Assembly: GCF_006345805.1 (NCBI RefSeq) | Contig: NC_043013.1 | Span: 40,548,001 to 40,612,000, forward strand | Direction of reading: 5' to 3' | DNA: 64,000 bases | Source: Octopus sinensis | Taxonomy: Eukaryota | In this document: piece after piece, positions 1 to 12,508 of the stretch | Layout of the letters: each line of letters begins with the position of its first letter | How positions within the stretch are numbered: the first letter of the stretch is position 1 | The notes under the pieces: model-generated | What the model was told of the DNA's origin: nothing | The model's input: the letters and a program-made list of their open reading frames with translations, nothing else | The model's database searches: none | Program-made: the position numbers and the translations under genes

Positions 1-3000
1 TCATCTGCTGGTATTGATACATCAATTAGAAAGCATTTTTTTTCTTCATGATCTCTGACAACTATATTTGGCCTATTGGCCTTAATTTCTCTATCTGTGT
101 GTATTGGCATATTCCAGAGTATGGTTGCTTTCTCGTTTTCTGTGACCTTTTCTGGTGTGTGCCTATACCATCATTTTTCTGTTATTCCATAGTGTTGGCA
201 TAGCTTCCAGTGTATGTAGGTCCCAACTCTGTAGTGTCTGTGAATATATTCCTTCTTAGCCAGGACTGGGCAACCAGAGATAATATGATTTATTGTTTCT
301 CCACATATTCTGCAGTTACTTGTTATATTTCTTTTCATTACATGTTTTTGGTAATTTCTAGTGGGGAGGCTTTGGTCTTGTGCTGCAATTAAAAATCCTT
401 CAGTCTCTGCTTTGAGTCATGAGCTTCTCAACCATTGCTGGGATTTTTCTTTGTCTATTTCTTTTGCATTTAGTTTAGTCCAGTATTTGTCATGAAGGGG
501 CATTTCTTGCCATCGTTTCTTCATGGTCCGTTGCTGTTCTAGTTTTAGCTTGGATTTCATTTGTTTTATAGCTTTTGTTTCTTCTTCTTCTTCTTCTTCT
601 CTTCTTCTTCTTCTTCTTCTTCTTCTTCTTCTTCTTCTTCTTCTTCTTCTTCTTCTTCTCTTCTTCTTCTTCTTTTTCATATTTGTTTGGTAGTTTGTAT
701 TTGTCAGCTTCCTTAAATATTGAAAACAGTTTTTTGTTTTGCTCGTGTTTTGTGGCTATTTGTATTAGGTTTCCTTGCCTTCCGTGGTTATTTTATAATA
801 GTTTTCCAGCTGTATTAGGTCTCTACCACCTTTTATACGTTGTATATATATAGCCTTTCTATGTCAGATTTTGGGTGTTGCATCCTAGATCCTGACATTA
901 TTTTTCTTGTTTTCCTGTCTATTTTGGTTAGTTCATTTAGTGTCCAATTAAGGATATTGTAGCTGTAACTTATAACTGGGACGGCTAAAGTGATTATACC
1001 TATTATCTTGTTTTTAGCATTGAGCTCTGTTTTCAGTATTGATCTAACTCGTCTATAGTATTCTTTCTTTATTTTCTCTTTCATTTGTGTGTGTTGTATC
1101 ATATCTAGTTCATTGACTCCTGAATATTTGTATGTCTGGCTTTGGTCTAATTCTCTTATTTCATTGGCTTTATCTAGTGTGATGTTACTACTCTTAACTA
1201 GTTTTCCTCTTTTCAGGGTTGCTTTGGCGCATTTTTCAAATCCAAATTTCATATTTATTTCTTTGGTAAATCCATGTACTATCTGTAGTAGTGTTTCCAG
1301 CTGTTTATCATTTATAGCTTATAGTTTTAGGTCATCCATACATAAAAGGTGGTTGATTGTTTTGCCGTAACATTTGTATCCGCATCCAGTTCTATTTAAC
1401 ATGTCAGATAAAGGTGTCAGTGCCAAGCAGAAAAGGAGTGGAGAGAGCGTGTCTTCCTGGAATATTCCTCTTCTAATGCGAATGGCTTTGGTTTTCACGA
1501 GTCCCTCTTTTGTTTGGAGCTGTAGCACTGTCTGCCATTTATTCATAGAGTGTCTTATATATTTTATAATTATTGATGCTACCTTGTTCATGGCTAGTGT
1601 TTCGAGGATCCATGTATAGGGAATGCTATCAAAAGCCTTTCGGTAGTCGATCCAGATAATACTTAGACCCTTCTTCTTTCTGCAGCTGTCTTCAGTTATG
1701 GTTTTATTGATCAGTAGTTGGTCTTTACAGCCAAATGAGCCCTTGCAGCATCCCTTCTGCTCTTCTGGAAACAAGTTGTTTTCTTCCAGATGCTTGCTCA
1801 ATCTCTGCGATATTATTGCAGTAAAGGCTTTGTAAATTGTAGGGAGACAGGTTATGTAGGTCTGTAGTTTTGTGGTTTTGCCATTTCAGTGGATTTGGGT
1901 ATTAGGATAGTTTTCCCTTTCGTGAGCCATTCAGGCAATATCTCTGGCTCTGCTAGTATGTCGTTAAAGTTTTCAGCCAGCTTTTGGTGTATTCCTGTCA
2001 GATATTTTAACCAGAAGTTGAGGATCTTGTCTTGCCCAGGTGCCTTCCAGTTACTTAGTCTTTGCAGTGCCTGGGTGACCTCTTCAGTTGTTATAGGGGT
2101 TCAGAGTTGTTCAGGTGCTAAGTTCGATGTTTTGATACTCCTTTTCTGAGGTTGTTCCTTCGCCGGCCATATTTCTTTACAAAATTCTTCCACTTCTTCT
2201 GCTGTTGGTGCTGCATTGATGTCTATTTTATTTTTGCCAAGTTCTTGGTAGAATTTTGGGGGGGTTGAAGTTGAACTGTTTGTTTTGTTCAAAGAAACGT
2301 TGGCGTTTCTCATACCGGCAGATTCTTTGTGCTTTGGCAAGGATATCTTGCTTTAGCTGTTCTTTTACCTCAGGTAAATCTTTTTCTGTAATGCACAGTA
2401 TTTTTGTTTTCTTCTTGTTTCTTAGTAGTGTTGATTGTCTACTAATTTCGTTAAGAACTAACAGATCTTTTCTCTTTTTTTTTCTTTTGATATTATTTAT
2501 CCACAGGGTTTGTTTGGGTGGTGGTACTCCTGTTTGGATGGGTTTGAGGGAGTATCCAGCTTTCTTTGTGGCTGCAGTGGCTGCCGCATGTATTGTATCA
2601 TTTAGCCCAGTGATATTGCCATTCGTTTCTGTGGGTATTAGTTACGTGACGGCCAGGTTTATGCTATTCATTATTGATGTTATTTTATTGTCTATTTTGA
2701 TTCTTGGGAGGTATAATCGGTGGTCCATTCTGAGATCTGTGGTTTTCAGTTCTTTGATTATTCTCATTTTTATAGTATCATAATCATGAGGTTCCCCTTC
2801 ACTGTTTCTAGGTTGTAGATTTGTTTCGCCTTCTTTCTCATTCATAAGTTTGTCTGTGGTGTTCTGGATTGGTGCTTTTTGTACATTATTATACATTCCT
2901 ACGGTCTGGGTTTGTTGTTTTTTGTTTACTTCGTTTTTGTTGGAAATGTTACGTCTGTCTTCGTGTTTTACTATCTCAGTGTTTATATTATTTGACATTG

Positions 3001-3170
3001 TTGTGTGGCTACTATCTACATTTTCCTGATGTATTTTTCTTTTCTAAATGTTCTATTTCTATTTCTGATATTTTTGTGCTTTGAGAATATATCTTCGTAT
3101 GTTAGCTAGTTTATTAGGGTTCATTACAATATTCAAGTCTTTATTTAAGTTATTTTTCTTCCAGATTTTA
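1..3170 (-). mobile_element. R4/Dong-type non-LTR retrotransposon (RT + CCHC + restriction-like endonuclease), frameshifted; 3' end runs off the window
   Basis: Minus-strand fragments: EEQKGC..GCKDQLLIN, WIDYRKAFDSIP, GIFQEDTLSPLLFCLAL, HLLCMDDLKL, FGFEKCA, then CRICGEGQETINHIISGC and KANRPNIVV..FLIDVSIP near base 1. The 5' end abuts (TAA)/(CAA) repeats at ~3176. Confidence 0.93.
580..676. repeat. (CTT)n / (GAA)n microsatellite inside the Dong-like ORF
   Basis: About 30 CTT units with two short interruptions. Confidence 0.95.
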
Positions 3171-3211
3171 TATGTATATTATTATTATTATTGTTGTTGT
3201 TGTTGTTATTT

Positions 3212-3423
3212 AAGGCGGTGAGCCGGCAGAATCGTTAGTATGCCGAGCGAAATTATTAGCGGTATTTCCTCTGTCGCTACGTTCTGGGATCAAATTCTGT
3301 TGGGGTTGACTTTGCTTTCATCCTTTCGGGATCGATAAATTAAGTACCCGTGAAACACTGGGATCGATGTAATCGACTTATCTCTTCCCCCCAAATGGCT
3401 GCCCTTTTGGCAAAATTTGAAAC

Positions 3424-3425
<2 letters not shown>
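3212..3425 (+). mobile_element. SINE family A (tRNA-derived head)
   Basis: Head aaggcggtgagccggcagaatcgttag, body gactttgctttcatcctttcgggatcgataaattaagtac, tail aaatttgaaacc + (ATT)n. Confidence 0.88.
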
Positions 3426-3462
<37 letters not shown>

Positions 3463-3486
3463 TATTATTATCATTATTATTATTAC

Positions 3487-3517
<31 letters not shown>

Positions 3518-4071
3518 GAGTGAGAGAGCAGTTCATGTCATCAAAGTGACACTGGGGTAAAATATACGAAGCCCAATATACCCATCATGACTACCCGTCT
3601 GATAAGGGTACACTAGGCACATGCATCACCACCATATGTGCGCGACATGGTGATCTCATATCAAGATAAACAGCATATGACCTTGCAGGTGGGGCCCAGT
3701 TAGAATTTTCTTCAGGTTGAGTAGCCCATCCTGCTCAAAAGGTCCTTGAATAAGGGTTGTTTAAGGATGTTGAAAGAACCACCCATGTTTCCAGAGGTGA
3801 ATTATTCAAACCCCAAAGAATCCCTCTCAACACATGGCTATGATGCTCCCCCACTACTTCTGCTCATGATCAGAGATGCACATATCGTCAGCCACTAAGG
3901 GACATGCTCAACTGGTTAAAGTCAAACAACTGACAAGCAAATCTGTGGTATTGTGCAGAATATTTGCTGTAGCCCATCTTTTATACCAAGACAAAACAAT
4001 GTACATGATAACACTTCCAATCAGTTAAGATCAGAAGCCATGAGAGCCACTGCCTGGTACTGCATCAGGGC

Positions 4072-4074
<3 letters not shown>
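3518..4074 (-). mobile_element. ~557-bp non-coding element inserted in a (TAA)n tract
   Basis: Complex sequence with long (ATT)n on both sides, no credible ORF and no TIR. Strand inferred from the end reading ...ctctcactc-AATAAT. Confidence 0.7.
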
Positions 4075-4146
<72 letters not shown>

Positions 4147-4147
<1 letters not shown>

Positions 4148-4352
4148 CAGGCAGTCAGCTGGCTGTAAAGCACGTCGGAGAAAATGCATATCGTCTGTGT
4201 TTACGTTTTGAATTAAAATTTCGTCAAGGTCGACTTTGTCATTCATCCTTTCGTGGGTAGATAAAATAACTACCATTTAGGCCCTGGAGTCGGTATAATC
4301 AACTAGCTCTCTCCCTCGAAATTGCTGACGTTGTGCCAAAAATTTGAAACTG
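4147..4352 (+). mobile_element. SINE family A, diverged
   Basis: Same body and tail motifs as 3212-3425. Confidence 0.75.
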
Positions 4353-4571
4353 TTGTTGTTACCACTACTACTGCTACTACTACTACTACTATACTACTAC
4401 TACTACTACTACTACCGCCACCACCACCACCACCACCACCACCTACACTACTACTACTACTACTACCACCACCACCACCACCACCACCACCACCACCACC
4501 ACCACTACTACTACTACTACTATTACTGTCATCATCATCATCATCATCATCATTATCATTATAATTATTGG

Positions 4572-4792
4572 TAACGCGGTGAACTGGCAGAATCGTTAGC
4601 ACGCTGGACGAAATGCTTAGCGATATTTCGCCCGTTGCTGCGCTCTGAGTTCAAATTCCGCCGTGGTCGACTTTGCCTTTCATCCTTCGGGGTTGATAAA
4701 TTAAATACCAGTGAAACGCTGAGGTCGATGTAATCGACTAGTCATCCCCACCCCAAAATTTGAGGCCTTGTGCCTATAATAGAAAGGATTAT
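4572..4792 (+). mobile_element. SINE family A
   Basis: gaactggcagaatcgttagcacg...gagttcaaattccgccg...gccttgtgcctataatagaaagg. Confidence 0.88.
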
Positions 4793-5187
4793 TATTATCT
4801 TTATACATTTTCATCGACGTTAGCCTTGCATTTGGCGGCTGCACCCGGGAAACGAAAATAAGTTGCTCAATCGCCACATTTGGAGCTTGTTCTCGTTTCT
4901 TTATTTTTTTCTCCCTCCATTCTGTGGCTTTAATAACATGCTATGAAATAATTTCAGAAACATTTTATTGTAAATTGATATTCCTAAAGTTACAGTCGTA
5001 GCAAACAAACGGGTGCACACATGGGCGTGCACACCCTTCCACACTTAACACATTAATGCGTATATACTTACACCCTTTCACACCCAAACACGTATACACA
5101 GACAGACTCATATATATGGGGTATAAGCATGTATAGACTTACACCCATTCATACAACCATATTTACAGAACCTTGCACACGCATGCG

Positions 5188-5218
<31 letters not shown>

Positions 5219-5531
5219 ATACATACATACATACATACATACATACATACATACATACATACATACATACACAGATACATAACACTAACACGTATATGCT
5301 TACACCCTTCTACACACCCGAACACGCACGTACACTTATATTCACATCATAACGCATTGCTTACAAAAAAATCTGTGTGTATGTGTGTGTGAGTGTGTGT
5401 GTGTAAGCATATAAATATGTATGTATTTATATCCACGCATCCACACACATACATACATGCACTTACACACACATTGACTGACATGCATAACTGTCACACA
5501 CATATAAACACATTCACACGCACACACACAT

Positions 5532-5580
<49 letters not shown>

Positions 5581-6009
5581 TGCATAACATAAAGTCGTTA
5601 TACGTCCATTTACAAACACAACCATGCATGCACAAATTCATGAACACGCACACGCACACGCACACTCACTTGCAAACACACACACACGCACACATACACA
5701 CGCACGCATGCACGCACGCATGCACGCACACACATACGTATTAAAACAAAAACCTCACCCGCACACAGAAATGTAAGTGAATTGGTAAAATAATTTTGGT
5801 GTGGTTTGCAAATTCAAATGTTTGTCATTTTTTTCATCTGGTGAATATGTTTTCATGTGATACTGAACTGACCCCAGGGGCTTTCTCCGACCCAATTCAT
5901 AATTGATACCCAACCGGTATGTCAAGGAATGCCCCCAATATCTTATTTGTGAGAGCAGCCAATGGTGTGTGAGGAGAAGTGAACGGTGAATTCCGGTTTG
6001 TACACAGTC

Positions 6010-6590
6010 AAACTGTACTTTATCATCATCGTCATCATCACCATCATCATAGCACCACTACCACTACCACCACCACTACCAACAGCAACAACAACAACAA
6101 CATCATCACCACTGCCGCCGCTACCGCTACATCCATCATGACCACTACCATTAATCCCATTACAACCACTGCTACCACCACCACCACCACCACCACCACC
6201 ACCACGAATACCACCATTAAACACCTCCACTATACTACTACCACCACCACCACCACCACCACCACCACCACGAATACCACCATCCAACACCGCCACTATA
6301 CTACTACCAACACCACATCACCACTACAAACAACATCGATACCACCACCATCACCGCCACCACTACCATCACCCAACACCACCACCCAACACCAGCACAA
6401 TACAACCACCACCACCAATACTGCTACCACCATAACCACCACCAAAATACTACCACCATCACCACAACCACCACCACCAATCACTACGCCACCTCTAACC
6501 CCGCTGCCGGTGCCTACGTTATCGATGTCCTTGACGTTGGCAACATCGTTATCGTCGTTGTGGTCATAACCGTCAGCATCGTTGTTTTGA
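6010..6590. repeat. Compound trinucleotide low-complexity tract (CAC/CAT/TAC/CAA)
   Basis: Mixed triplet repeats produce the poly-T/poly-G ORFs in the track. Confidence 0.9.
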
Positions 6591-6884
6591 GAAAAGAAGT
6601 TTCGTAATGTCATATTACAATATGTTAATAGATTTATAATAAGAGATATGTCAAATTATAATTCTGTTTCTCACTCCGTAGGTCAGCACTAATTTACGCC
6701 CTGTTGGGCAGTTATCATTAAAATTTGGTTGGTCGATTTTGCCTTTCATCCTTTCGGGGTCGACAAAATAAATACCAATTATTTTCTCGTGAGAAAATAC
6801 AATTACCAAAAATTATTTACAATTTCGTCCACCAGAACATTTGTCCTGGTACTCAAACCAAATGCATATCGGAACCGGACTGTG

Positions 6885-7050
6885 TCCACCATCGCTTGAC
6901 AACCGACGCTGGTGTGTTTACGTCCCCGTAACTTAGCGGTTCGACAAAAGAGACGGATAAGATAAGTATTAGGCTTACAGAGTCGATTTATTCGTTTAAA
7001 GGTGGTGCTCCAGCATGGCCGCAGTCAAATGACTGAAACTAGTAAAATAA
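6885..7050 (+). mobile_element. SINE family B, 3' half
   Basis: cttgacaaccgacgctggtgtgtttacgtcccc...cagcatggccgcagtcaaatgactgaaac. Confidence 0.85.
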
Positions 7051-7055
7051 TGGTG

Positions 7056-7430
7056 GAAGCACTCCGTCGGTTACGACGACGAGGGTTCCGGTTGATCCGA
7101 TCAACGGAACAGCCTGCTCGTGAAATTAACGTGTAAGTGGCTGAGCACTCCACGGACACGTGTAGCCTTAACGTAGTTCTCGGGGATATTCAGCGTGACA
7201 CAGAGAGTGACAAGGCCGGCCCTTTGAAATACAGGTACAACAGAAACAGGAAGTAAGAGCGAGAGAAAGTTGTGGTGAAAGAGTACAGCAGGGATCACCA
7301 CCATCCCCTGCCGGAGCCTCGTGGAGCTTTAGGTGTTTTCGCTCAATAAACACTCACAACGCCCGGTCTGGGAATCGAAACCGCGATCCTCCGACCGCGA
7401 GTCCGCTGCCCTAACCACTGGGCCATTGCG
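7056..7430 (-). mobile_element. SINE family C (tRNA-like head with Pol III A/B boxes)
   Basis: Minus strand: TGGCCCAGTGGTTAGG (A box), GGTTTCGATTCCC (B box), tail cgtcgtaaccgacggagtgcttcca. Confidence 0.9.
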
Positions 7431-7669
7431 CATAAAAAGTACGCTGTAGTGCATCATATTAAAGTGCTATGTCCAGTTATTAAACGAGTGCAGCTGCATC
7501 TACTCATGCACATCCATTTAAGCACACACCAACTCACAGAGTTACGATTCTCTGGAACTGTCTTTCTCCAAAAGACGTAGCACAAATACATACCTATATA
7601 GACATATACATACAAATACATACCTATATGTATTTGCGCGCACACACACAAGCACACCTATCTACCCAT

Positions 7670-8320
7670 CTATATATACATGTGTGTGCGTGTGTATATA
7701 TATATATGTATGTGTGTGTACGTACGTATGTATGTAAGTGTATGTGTGTGTACGTACGTACGTTGCAAGTTTACGCGCGTGTGTGTGTACGTACGTATGT
7801 ATGCAAATGAACGTGTGTGTTTGTGTGTACGTATGCATGTATGCAAGTGTATGTGTGTGTGTATGTGTACGTACGTATGTATGCAAGTGAACGTGTGTGT
7901 TTGTGTGTACGTATGTATGCAAGTGTATGTGTGTGTGTATGTGTACGTACGTATGTATTCAAGTGTACGTGTGTGTGTATGTATATATGTATACAAGTGT
8001 GTGTGTGTGTGCATATACGTACGTATGTATGCAAGTGTACGTGTGTGTATGTCCACGTACGTACGTATGTATATATGCAAGTGTATGTGTGTGTGTACGT
8101 ACGTATGTATGCAAGTGTACATGTGTGTGTGTGCACGTACGTACGTATGTATATATGCAAGTGTACATGTGCGTGTACGTACGTATGTATGCAAGTGTAC
8201 ATGTGTGTGTGTGCACGTACGTACGTACGTATGTATGCAAGTGTACATGTGCGTGTACGTACGTATGTATGTATACAAGTGTATGCGTGTGTATGTGTGA
8301 GTGTGTGTACATGTGTATAG
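7670..8320. repeat. Compound TG/TACG/TATG minisatellite
   Basis: Repeated ~30-50-bp unit like gtgtgtacgtacgtatgtatgcaagtgt. Confidence 0.9.
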
Positions 8321-9064
8321 TGAAATAGTCGGTGATGAGGAATGACCCAAGTCATTCCGACCAAAAGACGGTGCAAGGACTTGTTGCTGTCAATCACAGA
8401 GGACAGTCGTTTACTACCAATTTGTCTCCTCCTCAGGTAGAGAGTCAGTTAAGCAACTTCTTAACATTCCGTTATATCTCTACGTTCTGTGTCCAAATCT
8501 TGTCGTCATGACGCGTGATTTAAACGCAGATCGTGGAGATGCAACTCTTTTCCTGTCATCCTGTAGGCTAAAGTGAACAGATGGTCGAGTAACTCAAGTA
8601 CCAGTCGACTACTTGAGAATCGATACCAGCATCAACACCACCGCCACCACCACCACCAACGTCGTCACCGTCATCACCGTCATCACCACGATGACTTCCA
8701 TCCCATAATATTGTTTAGTTTTTGTATCAATGGTAGAAATGCATATTTGTTTTACAGCAATAATAAGTCAGGAAAAGCCGTTGATGCGCGTGCGCAGCTT
8801 CGGAGAAACACGCACACGAATGCACGTGTGTGTACAAACAGGTACACTCTAATACGCACATGCACACATACACACAGAAGCGCATACAGGTCAATCCACC
8901 GACGCATAGCCAAACGGGTTGCATATTAAGGTTACACATTGCACTGTTGTATTAGAACCATCTAATGATTCAACATACGCGCGTGTTTGAGAGAGGGAAA
9001 GAGAAAGAGAGAGAGAGGGAGGAAAGAGGGAGAGAGAGAAAGAAAGAGACAGGGAAAGAGAGAA

Positions 9065-9102
<38 letters not shown>

Positions 9103-9490
9103 GTACCAAGAGGTACAACCTTATTCTTGCTCTCTCTTTCTCACACACATATGTGCATATAGATGTGCACTTACAGGTACAGAAATCAATGCTAGACGAC
9201 ATGAGGACATTTAGAAATATCAAATAGAAAAAATCTCCACGCGTGCGCGTACACTTATGCGCGCGCGCGCACAATTCCATGTACACAAACAGGTGCAACT
9301 TTTCTTTCTCCCCCACATTCGGTTATACACGCATGCACATACAAAGAAATCTCTACTAAACAATGTCTTGTAGTTTGGGAAATATCCTTGTAACCAATCG
9401 AAAAATTCAAACGACAAAGCAAAAAAAAAAAAAAAAGAAAAAATTCTGAAGAATTAAAAACTAAAAAAGAAAATGGTGTAAGTTACTTAC

Positions 9491-9535
9491 CAATAATGAC
9501 CATGCAATCCAAAGAATGTAGATATACCCGTGCAT
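9491..9535 (-). CDS. Candidate first coding exon encoding a signal-peptide-like N-terminus (MHGYIYILWIAWSLL)
   Basis: ATG at 9535, 15 hydrophobic-rich codons, then TTG|GTAAGT, in non-repetitive sequence. No partner exon identified. Confidence 0.4.
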
Positions 9536-10798
9536 ACTGAAGCCGGTAGGCTGCATTTTAACATGTGTAATTAAATTCCAAAATTAAATTCCATAATTTC
9601 GAAGTTTCTTCTTGTTACAAAATATTCAAATTATAATTTAAATTGATGGTAGTCCATCCAGTTCAAAAAATAATTCACAAATCACATGGAAAATATTTTC
9701 GATTCGTAAACATCCTATGTATCCAAGAAGGTTGATATAATTTTAAATATAATTATATAATTATAATTATAAATATTATTAGTGGTAATATTTGACCACG
9801 GTATAATGTGGTCAATCCCAGGTGAAAACGCGCAAATTTGGAAAAGAAACTTAAAAAATATTCCAAATTTCAGAAAAAAAAAAGAAGAATATAAAGGAAA
9901 AATAAAAGATAAAAAGTGATTGGACGAAACTGATGAAACAAATCTTGTAGATTGATATTTTCAAGATTAAATAAACATCAAATATGATCGAATTCCTTTT
10001 TTCTTTCCCTTGTTGATTTTCTTCTTTTCTGTGTGTGTATATATATTTATATATATTTATATATCCAATAGCAGTATTTTGTTAAAATTAATTTGGGCGG
10101 GGAAAACTTTGTCTAACTTGTATGGAGAAGTTTTGAAGTTTAAAAACTTTTTAGCAAGCCTACCATATACCCGTGGATGCCGTCAGGTTTTGAGAAATTA
10201 GGCGTTTGTCAATTGGAAGTCTTAAGCTTTTGATAGTTCTGTCGCACATTGTTTTTAAGTCCAGGCAAGATACCTGATACTAAATTTTGTAACAGAAGAT
10301 GGTAATTGTGAATCAAACATGTATGCCAGGAAACATCTGGGAACCGCCCAAATAATATATTTTACTTGATACATTAAGAATATTTACTGTGGGCGAAAAG
10401 CTATCTTGTAATAAAATCATTGAGAGAGCAATAATATTTTGGAAGGAAGAGGAAAAAAAAAAAAGAGAAGGACAGACAGAAAGAAAGAAATAGTGTGAGT
10501 AGATAAGTTTAAAAGAACAAGTGAAAGTGTTTTTAGTTTGGTTGGAGATCAATTTTAAGAAAAGAAAAAAAAATGGGGCGGTGATAGAGTTGTAGTGAGA
10601 GGAAGTGAGGTATATTTATGTTTCAAGCATTTCTATCACCTAAATGTATTTGCGTGATAAGAATTAGAAGGACCCGTATATGTATGTAGGTGTGAGTATG
10701 TATGTGTGTGTAGGTATATGTATATGTGTATGTATGTATATGTATGTATATATGTATATATATATATATGTGTGTGTGTATATGTATGTATATATGTA

Positions 10799-10861
<63 letters not shown>

Positions 10862-10924
10862 TTGTAATATATGTATATATATAATATGTATGTATATATA
10901 TGTATATATTATATATATAAGAAT

Positions 10925-11220
10925 GAATGTTTTTATATATAATGAACGTGAAATACAGGAAGGGACGAACACGGAACACAGACAAATCATTCGAAGCCTT
11001 CAATCTTCAGTCAGACACCGAATCATCATAGCAAATTTCGGCTGTTCAATTCTGATATTTGCTCCAACTCGGCCAGCCCCAAGAAAAAAAACTAAGCTGT
11101 AAGCATTAGATTTCTTGGTAGAAGACAGGAATGTGAACGCACAAGACGGATGTGAATACAAGAGACGAAAACGAAATTGAAAACAGTAATGAATAAACAA
11201 AATATATATAACGGTGGTTG
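10925..11220. mobile_element. ~300-bp non-coding element next to (TA)n, same family as 62492-62780
   Basis: Shared blocks gccttcaatcttcagtca, aatttcggctg, cggccagccccaag, ctaagct..agcattagatttcttgg. Confidence 0.7.
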
Positions 11221-12092
11221 TCATACGACTTTAGACCAAATGAGACAAAAACAACAACAACAACATAGCTGGCGTAGAAATAATTACCGTTTCGGTAGCG
11301 GGGACACATGTTGGTCGAGATACGAAGGCCAACAGAATGGTTGAAGAAGCAGCAGGTCGCAGGAGAGAGAGAGAAAGAGAGACAGAGAGAGAGGGAATCA
11401 AAGAGGGTGGAAGGCAGGGGACAGAATCAGTGACCAAGAGAAAAGGAGAAAGAAGGGATTAAGGAGGATGGGAGGAAGAGGGGAGGAGGATGGGAAGAAG
11501 AGAGGGGAAGAATCGGAGGGCGCCAAAATATATATATATATATGTATGTATATATATATGTGTGCGTGTGTGTATATATATTCTATGTATGAGGTATGTA
11601 TGCGTTTGTGTAAAATAGAAAGGGGGTTATAATTAATATTTAGTAATTTGATACAATTTTAAGAATAAAAATAAATATATAATTTTTTTTTAAAAAGTGT
11701 TCTAAGCTGCTTCCAAAACAGTTTTCAAAGCTATCCGTATAGAACACCTATTTGGTAAGAGATAAGGGGGCGAAGAAGAGGAATATGCGATGTAAAAAGA
11801 AACTGGTTGATTAACTTTGGAGTGATTAAGCAAACGATTACAGAAGAAATATTAACAGGATTTGGGGATTAATATGCAAATCTCACATTTCATTTCACTA
11901 AGGTTAATTTTTTTTTCTTTTCAAATGTGCATTTAGTTTATTTTGGTGAAGTATGTTATAGAACAGAGACTGGCTGTGCAATATCGAGGACTATTCATTC
12001 AATCTGCCATTGAATCAAAAATTAGTAGAAACTGTTATTCTAACTACGCTTTCTTTTTAATATTGTACAAACGGTCGCAGGCATAGCTATAG

Positions 12093-12250
12093 AGGCACAG
12101 GCGTGGGTGTGTGATAAGAAACTTGATTCCCAATCACATGGTTCCAGGTTCAAACCCACTACGTGACACGTAGAGCAAGTGTCTTCTACTATAGCCTGGG
12201 ACCGACCAAACCCTTATGAGTGGATTTGGTAGACGGAAACTGAAAGAAGC

Positions 12251-12304
<54 letters not shown>

Positions 12305-12508
12305 CGTTTGCGTTTTTCCCCACCACCGTTTGACAACTGGTGTTAATGTGTTTACGTCCCCGTAAGCTAGCTGTTCGGCAAAACAGACCGATAGAATAAG
12401 TACTAGGCTTTAAAAAGTCATGGGGTCGATTTGTTCGACTAAAACCTTTCAAGGCGGTGCCCCAGCATGGCCGCAGTCAAATGACTGAAACAAGTAAAAG
12501 ATAAAAGA
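12093..12508 (+). mobile_element. SINE family B, full length, internal (TA)n(TG)n
   Basis: Head aggcacaggcgtgggtgtgtg, B-box-like ggttcaaaccc, tail gcagtcaaatgactgaaacaagtaaaag. Confidence 0.9.

Noticed and set aside
7350-7430. tRNA genes at SINE heads (also 18085, 20150, 32860, 42990)
   Set aside because: A and B boxes are present but no complete cloverleaf, and each continues into a SINE body.
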